The position numbers and the translations under genes were made by a program. Positions 36,959 through 43,932 of a DNA stretch of 64,000 nt are shown here, piece after piece. Each line of letters starts with the position of its first letter. Position 1 is the first letter of the stretch. This stretch comes from Terriglobales bacterium (GTDB lineage Bacteria > Acidobacteriota > Terriglobia > Terriglobales > SCQP01), in the NCBI GenBank assembly GCA_050747745.1, contig JBOGKM010000086.1:69734-133733 (forward strand), in the 5' to 3' direction. The notes beneath the pieces are model-generated. The model saw nothing but the letters and a program-made list of their open reading frames with translations, was not told where the DNA came from and searched no databases.

Positions 36959-37444
36959 CTAGTGGACGGCAGCTTTTTCCGCCTCCAACTCGCCGATGCG
37001 CCACGCCACCAGCCGGGCAAAGGTCTCGGGCGTAAAGAGGGCGGGAATTTCCCTCGAGGTGAGGCCAACGTGCAGCTTGGCGGGGTTGACCTCAGGCATC
37101 AGAACGCGCAGCCGCTCCAGGGCGGCTGCGGTGAGCACGCCATTTTGCTGGAATTCGGCTTCGGTGAGCGAACCCTGGGTGGCGCGCTGAATGCCGCCGC
37201 GTGGGATCTTGATGCCGAAGGCGGACTCGAGCCGGAACAGCAGGTCGAGGAAATCCAGCGATTCGGCGTTGAGATCGTTCATGAGGCTGCTGGAGGGCTG
37301 GACTTCGCTTTCCTCCCGGCCCAAAACTTCGGCCACGGCGCTGCGCACCGTGCCCAGAATCTCGTCGTGCCGGCTAGCCAGCACACGATCGGCGGTTTCG
37401 CGAATCTTGACAACTTCCAAGGCACTGGCACTTGCTTCAGGCAT
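36959..37444 (-). CDS. Acyl carrier protein with an ~80-aa C-terminal extension
   Basis: ATG 37444 is preceded by an AAGGAG SD. The phosphopantetheine-site motif is LNAESLDFLDLLFRLESAFGIKI (DSL-type Ser). At 161 aa it is about twice normal ACP length. Confidence 0.75.
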   Translation of the reverse strand: MPEASASALEVVKIRETADRVLASRHDEILGTVRSAVAEVLGREESEVQPSSSLMNDLNAESLDFLDLLFRLESAFGIKIPRGGIQRATQGSLTEAEFQQNGVLTAAALERLRVLMPEVNPAKLHVGLTSREIPALFTPETFARLVAWRIGELEAEKAAVH

Positions 37445-37476
37445 AGGCAGGAGCTCCTTGCGTGAATTTTCAACTT

Positions 37477-38262
37477 CTAGCTGACGCTCAGCAGCGATAA
37501 GCCGCCGTCGGCGATGATAGTCTGTCCGTAAATCCAATTGGCTGCGTCCGAACACAAAAAGGCCGCGACTTCGGCCAGATCCTCGGGCGTGCCGATGCGC
37601 CCGGCAGGTGAAATCTTCTCACACGCTTCCTTCATTTGGGCGTAATTGGCGAACAATTTGAGGGCATCGGTATCGATCGGTCCGCCCGAGAGCGTGTTGC
37701 AGTTGATACCCTCCTTGCCTAGCTCCACGGCCATATAGCGGGTCAGGGCCTCGGTGGCGGCTTTGGTGACGCCGATGGAGGCGTAGCCGGGAATGTAGTA
37801 CTGGGAACCGAGGCTGGAGAGGCTCAAAATTTTCCCCCGGCGGCCTTTCATCAGCGGCACTGCCTTTTGGGTACTGAGCAGCAGAGCGTTGGTATTGCCA
37901 TTGATCGTGTGATCCCAGCCCGCCAGGCGCTGGCGCAGGACGGGGCCGTAGGTGCCAACGTCAATGGCGTTATTCACGAAGATGTCGAGCACGCCGAAAT
38001 GCTCCTGCACCGCGCCGAACAACTTGGCGATGCCCTCGGCGCTGGTCGCGTCGGCGTTGACGGTTTCCGCTCGCCGGCCCAGGGCGCGAATTTCCTCCGC
38101 CAGTTTCGCCGCCGCATCTCCGCTGGTGACAAAGTTGATCACCACGTCGGCGCCGCCCTGCGCCAAGCGCAGTGCGATGGCGCGGCCGATGCCGCGCGCC
38201 GCGCCCGTGATGAGCGCAACTTTCCCACTTAGTCCGTTACTTTCCCCCATTGCCTCCCCCAC
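37477..38262 (-). CDS. fabL: Enoyl-ACP reductase, FabL-type SDR
   Basis: Close by-eye match to B. subtilis FabL blocks: LSSLGSQYYIPGYASIGVTKAATEALTRYMAVEL (Y-x6-K), LSGGPIDTDALKLF and GQTIIADGGLSLLS. The cofactor motif is [13 protein letters not shown]. The start is GTG 38262 or ATG 38250. Confidence 0.8.
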   Translation of the reverse strand: MGEAMGESNGLSGKVALITGAARGIGRAIALRLAQGGADVVINFVTSGDAAAKLAEEIRALGRRAETVNADATSAEGIAKLFGAVQEHFGVLDIFVNNAIDVGTYGPVLRQRLAGWDHTINGNTNALLLSTQKAVPLMKGRRGKILSLSSLGSQYYIPGYASIGVTKAATEALTRYMAVELGKEGINCNTLSGGPIDTDALKLFANYAQMKEACEKISPAGRIGTPEDLAEVAAFLCSDAANWIYGQTIIADGGLSLLSVS

Positions 38263-38291
38263 GCTCTGCGGTGCAACTCCGCCGAGGCCGT

Positions 38292-39587
38292 CTACGACCG
38301 TACCGCCTGGGCCACCGGCTGCAGTTTGGGCGCCAGACGATGGAAGGCCTGCTGCAGATGCTGATACTGCGCTCCCAAGTCATGCTCGGGACGGCCATGC
38401 AGCGTCTGCGGGCTCTTGAAGTAGAAGCCCAGCCACTCCAGCGCGCCCTTTTCTCCCGCCCGCTGCGCCGCCGCGCTTAGCAGCGCCAGATCGAGCAGCA
38501 GCGGAGCCGCCAGAATGCTATCCCGGCAGAGAAAGTTGATCTTGATCTGCATGGGGTAACCCAGCCATCCGATTATGTCGATGTTGTCCCAGCTTTCCTT
38601 GTTGTCGCCGCGGGGCGGGTAGTAGTTGATCTTCACCTGGTGCGAGAGCTTGCCGTATAGCTCCGGGTAGCATTCTGGCTGCAGGATGTGATTCAGCGCC
38701 GACAGCTTGGATTCCTCCTTGGTGCGGAAGGCGGCGGGATCGTCCAGCGTGGCGCCATCGCCATTGCCCAAAATGTTGGTCGAAAACCACCCCGCCAGAC
38801 CCAGCATGCGCTGCTTGATGCCGGGCGCGAGGATGGTTTTCAGCAGCGTCTGGCCGGTCTTGAGATCCTTGCCGCTTACCGGGCAGCCCTGGGCTTCTGC
38901 CAGTTCGATCATCACCGGCATATCCACCGTCAGGGTAGGTGTGGCGTTCACAAAGCCGCACTTTTCCTTCAGCGCCGCATAGGCATAGACCATGCTGGGT
39001 GCGATGGTGGGTTCGTTCTCCTTCATCGCGGTCTCAAAAATCTTGAGGCTCTGATGGGCTGGGCCGATGGGCAGGAAAACTTCAGTGGAACCGCACCACA
39101 TTACCACCACCTGCTCCAGCCGGTGCTGCGTCTTAAAGGCGCGGATGTCTTCGCGCAGCGCTTCCGCCTGCTCGAACTTGTTGGTTTGCGCCTTGAGGTG
39201 GCGCCCTTCGCTGCGGCGCAGATACTGCGGATCGTGGATGCCGGGCAGCGACTTAATGGCCTCGAGCGCGGGGCGCACTGCGGCCAACTGCATCGGTTCC
39301 AGAACCGCTGCCGCCACCGCCATCTCATAGGCGTTGCCGGCGTGGATATCCCAGCCGCCGAACACCAGATCTTCCAGAGCCGTCAGTTGCAGATACTCGC
39401 TCAGGCTGACGCTTTTTCGTGCGCCCGCAGGCGTAATTTGCGCCAACTGCGTCAGCGACCCGAACGGCCGTGCCGAGCCCTGGCGGATGGCCTCGACGCC
39501 CGCAATCAGCGTCGTCGAGATGGCGCCCATGCCGACCAGCATTACTCCCAGACGGGACGAACCTGCATTCCTCGTAGTAGTACTCAT
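38292..39587 (-). CDS. ino1: myo-Inositol-1-phosphate synthase family enzyme
   Basis: ATG 39587 has a GGGGAGGG SD. Blocks match archaeal/bacterial MIPS: VMLVGMGAISTTLIAGVEAIRQG, MVYAYAALKEKCGFVNATP, GKDLKTGQTLLKTILAPG...AGWFSTNILGNGDG, ILAAPLLLDLALL and FYFKSP. Confidence 0.85.
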   Translation of the reverse strand: MSTTTRNAGSSRLGVMLVGMGAISTTLIAGVEAIRQGSARPFGSLTQLAQITPAGARKSVSLSEYLQLTALEDLVFGGWDIHAGNAYEMAVAAAVLEPMQLAAVRPALEAIKSLPGIHDPQYLRRSEGRHLKAQTNKFEQAEALREDIRAFKTQHRLEQVVVMWCGSTEVFLPIGPAHQSLKIFETAMKENEPTIAPSMVYAYAALKEKCGFVNATPTLTVDMPVMIELAEAQGCPVSGKDLKTGQTLLKTILAPGIKQRMLGLAGWFSTNILGNGDGATLDDPAAFRTKEESKLSALNHILQPECYPELYGKLSHQVKINYYPPRGDNKESWDNIDIIGWLGYPMQIKINFLCRDSILAAPLLLDLALLSAAAQRAGEKGALEWLGFYFKSPQTLHGRPEHDLGAQYQHLQQAFHRLAPKLQPVAQAVRS

Positions 39588-39790
39588 GCTTAGCCCTCCC
39601 CTTCTTTTTTTACGCAACCGCCGCGTCCGGCTAACGCCGGCTCCGTTGGGCGGCCAGGAGCTTTGCTCCCGCAGCTTGCGAACAACATGCCCGCAAGCCC
39701 TGATTTTGGGAAACTGCCAATTAATCGTCCGTTAAAAAATGATTAAACAGATTTAACCGTGAAATCGAACCCGTTGCCCTAGAGAACTGG
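39588..39790 (-). promoter_or_regulatory. AT-rich, hairpin-rich leader / internal promoter region ahead of the MIPS gene
   Basis: This is the only sizeable gap in the operon. An AT-rich island at ~39715-39770 contains the palindrome TTAAATCTGTTTAA. Three perfect stem-loops follow on the transcribed strand: 39674-39698 (7-bp stem), 39657-39669 (5 bp) and 39627-39640 (5 bp). An A-run and the SD come next. Confidence 0.35.
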
Positions 39791-41203
39791 CTAGAGACGC
39801 GCATGCTCCGGGCGCGGTAGTGCTTCTTTCGCCATCCTCTCGTCCACGACGCGGCGGAGCTTGTGGCGGCGGGAATCGCCGGAGTCGCGAAGCGCCCCAT
39901 GCGGCATCCAGCGAAGCTGCAGTTCAAACAAACCCATTTGCAGGTTCTTCTGGTAGTAGGGAAAAATTTCAGCGAAACGCTGGCGGAGACGGGCTTCGCG
40001 TTCGAGCAAGCTGGCGCGAGGATCGGCAGCCTCGCCATCCCGCAGCTCCAGCCGGGCTTCAATCAGGTCGCGGGATTCTGGCTGGAGCACGGCCACTTGC
40101 CATTCGCCGATGCCGGCATCCTCCTCAAGCCAGGTTTCGAAAATCCAGGGGCTGATCATGCCCATGCCGCAGGAGATGATTTCATCGCCGCGGCCCTGAA
40201 TACGATCAATGCGCCGCATTTTCTGCAGGATGCAGCCGCAAGGTTCGTCCAGAAAGCGGGTGATGTCGTTGGAGCGGTAACGGATCAGCGGCATCACCTT
40301 GCGGGTGATGGTGCTGAAAACCAGCTCGCCGAAGCCAGCCTGGTTGGGGTGGAGAATTTCGAAGATAAAGTTGGGTTCGTTGAGGTGATAGCCCTTTTGC
40401 GCGGGGCATTCAATGGCGCTGGCGCCCAGCGATTCGGTTTGGCCGTAGGCTTGATAGACTTTCGTGTTCCAGACGCCTTCGATCCATTTGCGGGTGCGCT
40501 CGCTCATGTTCTCGCTGCCGGCCAGAATGAACTTCACCGGCCAGGCGCCTTGGCGTTCAGCGATTTCCGTCAAGCTCACCAGCCAGGAGGTGTCCACCAC
40601 CATCACGTTGAACTCGTAATCGCGGACGCGGCGGTAGAACTCGGAGGGCTCGAGTTTGGAGGCGATCATGTGGAAACAGCCGACGGCGTTGAGCGAGTGC
40701 AGGAGGCTGATGCCCGCGTTCCAGAAGGCGTAATCGAAAGCGTCCACGACGCGGTCCTCGGGCCGCAGGCCGAGGTTCCACAACCCCACGGCGCCTTCGA
40801 AGCCGATGTCGTGGACTTCCTCGTTGGAAAAGTAGAGGCGCTTGTTGCGGGCGGTAGTGCCCGTGGTTTCAAAACCGGCTTGGGGCGGAGCGCACAAGAA
40901 CTCGCGCGTATCGCGCTCCCGCAGGTCGGCGGAAGTGGTGTAGAAATCGCCCAGGCCCTCGGGGCGTCGAATGCGGGAAATATCCAAACCCAACTCCGCG
41001 AAGCGCTGCCGATAGAAGGGGCTGTGAGCGTTGACACGTTCCAGGGTGGTCTGGAATTCGGCCAACTGCACGCGCTCGATCCAACTGCGCGGTGCGCGCT
41101 GGGCCAACTTGGCGCGCCGCGGCACACTGGGGCCGAGAAATAGTTTCTCCAGCAGCGTGGGAACTTGGTCGAGCATAGGCAACGGCGCCGTGCGCGCAGG
41201 CAC
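39791..41203 (-). CDS. PaaK / coenzyme F390 synthetase-like adenylate-forming enzyme (copy 2)
   Basis: 470-aa ORF with FETTGTTARNKR, YGQTESLG, YRSNDIT, GRGDEII and a C-terminal RRHKLRRVVD. It is collinear with copy 1 along its whole length. Confidence 0.8.
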   Translation of the reverse strand: MPARTAPLPMLDQVPTLLEKLFLGPSVPRRAKLAQRAPRSWIERVQLAEFQTTLERVNAHSPFYRQRFAELGLDISRIRRPEGLGDFYTTSADLRERDTREFLCAPPQAGFETTGTTARNKRLYFSNEEVHDIGFEGAVGLWNLGLRPEDRVVDAFDYAFWNAGISLLHSLNAVGCFHMIASKLEPSEFYRRVRDYEFNVMVVDTSWLVSLTEIAERQGAWPVKFILAGSENMSERTRKWIEGVWNTKVYQAYGQTESLGASAIECPAQKGYHLNEPNFIFEILHPNQAGFGELVFSTITRKVMPLIRYRSNDITRFLDEPCGCILQKMRRIDRIQGRGDEIISCGMGMISPWIFETWLEEDAGIGEWQVAVLQPESRDLIEARLELRDGEAADPRASLLEREARLRQRFAEIFPYYQKNLQMGLFELQLRWMPHGALRDSGDSRRHKLRRVVDERMAKEALPRPEHARL

Positions 41204-41256
41204 GACGCCTTCATCATATCTCCAGACGCTGCGAACGCCAACGGGCGTACGGCCGC

Positions 41257-41805
41257 TTGACGATGGGCGGCGCTTTGCCGCCTAATACTGCCATGAGCAC
41301 TGCAGCACGATCCACCGATCCACAGTATCAAACCATGCTGGAGCAATATACCGCCGGCATGAAGATGTACAGCCAGCAGAAGTTTGAACGCGCCAAAGCG
41401 CTTCTGGAAAAAGTCTGCGATAGCCCTTACCGCGAACTCGCCGAGCGCGCCGGGATACACGTGAATGCCTGCAACGGCCGGCTGCAGGTAGGCGTGGCCA
41501 AGCCGAGCACGCCGGAAGAATGTTACCAGGCGGCGATTGTGAAGCTCAACGCGGCCCAGTATCAGGACGCCGAGGAACTGCTGGCCAAGGCGCTGCGCGG
41601 GGGCTATAAAGGCGCCGATGTTGCCTATGCGCTGGCGTGCCTGCGCGCCCAGACCCACGAGCCCGAAGCCGCGCTCACGCATTTGCGCGAGGCGATCCGC
41701 GGCGACTCGTTTTGCCGGGTGCTGGCGCGTCAGGATCATGATTTCGAGCCGCTGATGGAAGACCCGCGTTTCACCGAAATCCTTTACCCGGAGTCCAGGG
41801 CCTGA
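41257..41805 (+). CDS. TPR-like helical hypothetical protein
   Basis: 182-aa ORF with helical-repeat composition (YQDAEELLAKALRGGYKGADVAYALACL...). Its stop abuts the glmU GTG. The start is uncertain (TTG 41257, ATG 41263 or ATG 41293). Confidence 0.5.
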   Translation: MTMGGALPPNTAMSTAARSTDPQYQTMLEQYTAGMKMYSQQKFERAKALLEKVCDSPYRELAERAGIHVNACNGRLQVGVAKPSTPEECYQAAIVKLNAAQYQDAEELLAKALRGGYKGADVAYALACLRAQTHEPEAALTHLREAIRGDSFCRVLARQDHDFEPLMEDPRFTEILYPESRA

Positions 41806-43221
41806 GTGGCCTCCAAGCGTGCACTCGCGGTGTTGGTGCTGGCCGCGGGGCGTGGCACGCGCATGCGTTCGGAGCTGCCCAAGGTCCTGCACCCCGCCGG
41901 CGGACGCACGCTGCTGGCGCACGTGCTAGCGGCAGTGACGAGCACCGGGATTCCGGCGGCGGCAATCGCCGTGGTGGCCGGTTATCGCGCGGAAGCGGTC
42001 CGGGTCGCGGTGCAAGGACTGGGAATGGAAGTTTTGATCCAGGAGCCGCAGCTCGGCACCGGGCATGCGCTGCGGGCGACGGAAGCCTGGTGGCGCGGCT
42101 ATGAGCGCCTGATCGTAGTCCACGGCGATATGCCCTTGCTTTCCGCCGCTACCGTGCGCGGTCTGGCGCACCGGCAGCAGGAGACCGGCGCGGCGGCAGT
42201 GCTGGCCACCGCCGCACCCTCCGAGCCGCGCGCCTATGGCCGCATTCTGCGCGATCCTGCCCGGCCCGAGCGCATCATCGGCATCGTCGAAGCGCGCCAA
42301 GCCACGCCCGAGCAGTTGTGCATCCGCGAGCTCAACGCCGGCTTCTACTGCTTTCAAACCGCGCCGCTGACCCGCGCGCTCGCACAACTGGGCACCGACA
42401 ACCCCCACGGCGAGTATTACCTTACCGACGCCATCGCCCGGCTCGCCGCCGCCGGCGAGACGGTTGCCGCCTTGCCGCTGGCGGATGAGCGCGAATGCCT
42501 GGGCGTGAACGATCAGCTGGAGCTGGCAGAGCTGGACCGCGATCTGCGCCGCCGCAAAGCCGAGGCGCTGCTGCGCACGGGCGTGAGCATTCAGTTCCCG
42601 GACACACTGGTGATCGATCCCGAGGTCACCGTCGGCGCCGACACGGTGCTCGAGGCCGGGGTGCAATTGCTGGGCGCGACCCGCATCGGGGCGCGCTGCC
42701 GCATCCGCTCCTACACCATTTGTGAGAATTCGGTGGTCGGCGATGGCGTGCTGGTGCGCCCGCACTGCGTGCTGGAAAACGCGCACGTGGACGAGTCCGC
42801 GCTGCTCGGCCCGTTCACGCGCCTGCGCGAAGGCTCGCACATTGGCGAAGGCGCTCACGTCGGCAATTTTGTCGAGGTCAAAAAGACGCGCCTGGGACGA
42901 GGCAGCAAGGCCAATCACCTCGCCTACCTGGGCGATGCCACCATCGGGGATGGCGCCAACGTCGGCGCCGGCACCATCACCTGCAATTACGACGGCGTGC
43001 TCAAGCACCCGACCCAGATCGGCGATGGTGCCTTCATCGGCAGCAATTCGACACTGGTGGCGCCGGTCGAGATCGGCGCGGGCGCCTACGTGGCGGCCGG
43101 CAGCGTGATCACCGAATCCGTTCCTGCCGATGCGCTGGCGCTGGGACGCGGACGCCAGACCGTGAAACCCGGTTGGTCCGCGGCGCGGCGCGCCAGCCGC
43201 GCCAAACCCGCCCCGCACTAA
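41806..43221 (+). CDS. glmU: Bifunctional UDP-N-acetylglucosamine diphosphorylase / glucosamine-1-phosphate N-acetyltransferase
   Basis: 471-aa ORF with a GTG start. It has the N-terminal LAAGRGTRMRSELPKVLH nucleotidyltransferase motif and a C-terminal left-handed beta-helix of hexapeptide repeats (GDGANVGAGTITCNYDG...). Confidence 0.9.
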   Translation: MASKRALAVLVLAAGRGTRMRSELPKVLHPAGGRTLLAHVLAAVTSTGIPAAAIAVVAGYRAEAVRVAVQGLGMEVLIQEPQLGTGHALRATEAWWRGYERLIVVHGDMPLLSAATVRGLAHRQQETGAAAVLATAAPSEPRAYGRILRDPARPERIIGIVEARQATPEQLCIRELNAGFYCFQTAPLTRALAQLGTDNPHGEYYLTDAIARLAAAGETVAALPLADERECLGVNDQLELAELDRDLRRRKAEALLRTGVSIQFPDTLVIDPEVTVGADTVLEAGVQLLGATRIGARCRIRSYTICENSVVGDGVLVRPHCVLENAHVDESALLGPFTRLREGSHIGEGAHVGNFVEVKKTRLGRGSKANHLAYLGDATIGDGANVGAGTITCNYDGVLKHPTQIGDGAFIGSNSTLVAPVEIGAGAYVAAGSVITESVPADALALGRGRQTVKPGWSAARRASRAKPAPH

Positions 43222-43231
43222 GGCGGCTTCA

Positions 43232-43871
43232 TGGGGCGCCGGGCGCCGCCTTCGCCGCTCGCCGTGATTCGCACTGGCCGTGGCCGCCACGCTGGCGCTC
43301 GGGGTGGGCGCAGCAACGGCGGCGTGGCTGGATCCACTGCCCTACCCGCATAGCCGGCAATTGGTGAATCTCTGGCTGCGCAATCGGCGCTATCCGGACT
43401 TGTATCTCGGGCTGAGCCAGCCGCCCGCAACTCTGGCCCGCGCGCTGCTGGCGCTGAGCCCGGTCGCGACTTATGAATGCGGCTATGCGGAGTGGAGGGT
43501 GTATAGGCACCGGCAAAAATTGGGCACGGCGCTGGTGTCGCAAAGATTATCCCGTACGCTCGGATTGCCGCCCGTCCGCGGGCGCTGGCCGGCGATGTGC
43601 CGCTCACCTGGCTGCGGCCGCTGGAGAGCTCCGTGGCGGCTGCGCGCGCCGGGCCGCGCTTCCGCGCCGGCGTGCTGCTCGCACTGGCGCTGGGTGCCCG
43701 GCCGGGCCACATCACGGGCTGCGCGCCGCCGTGCCGGGCATCAGCAGCAACGGCGCCATCGCGCTGGCGGCCGCTCCGGTGCTGCTGGCGCTCACCGCCT
43801 TGGCCACCTCTTGCGGACCGGCCTGCCGCGCCGCTGCTGCGGATCCAGCCCGCACCTTGCACCAACTGTAG
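43232..43871 (+). pseudogene. Decayed remnant of an ADOP/MacB-type permease gene
   Basis: The N-terminal ADOP signature RRLRRSP*FALAVAATLALGVGAATAAWLDPLPYP has an in-frame TGA at 43265-43267 where intact copies have Gly. It continues to ...LSRTLGLPPVRGRW (compare FSLLGVPPTLGR in 3260-5656). The family C-terminus LALTALATSCGPACRAAAADPARTLHQL* then appears in another frame, ending at 43871. About 0.64 kb remains versus about 2.4 kb intact. Confidence 0.6.
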
Positions 43872-43932
43872 GCGGCCGCGGCGCGGTTTGACACTCACCG
43901 GGACCTAAGCTACCGTCAGGCCTGTGTGAGAG

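Noticed and set aside
39700-39720. TTGGCAG in the operon leader as a possible sigma-54 -24 element
   Set aside because: There is no GC dinucleotide at the required 10-bp phasing downstream; the sequence reads TGGCAGTTTCCCAAAA. It therefore does not fit the -24/-12 architecture.
41926-43290. 454-aa minus-strand ORF over glmU
   Set aside because: It is antisense to an unmistakable glmU (nucleotidyltransferase motif plus hexapeptide repeats) and has a low-complexity Ala/Gly/Arg composition.
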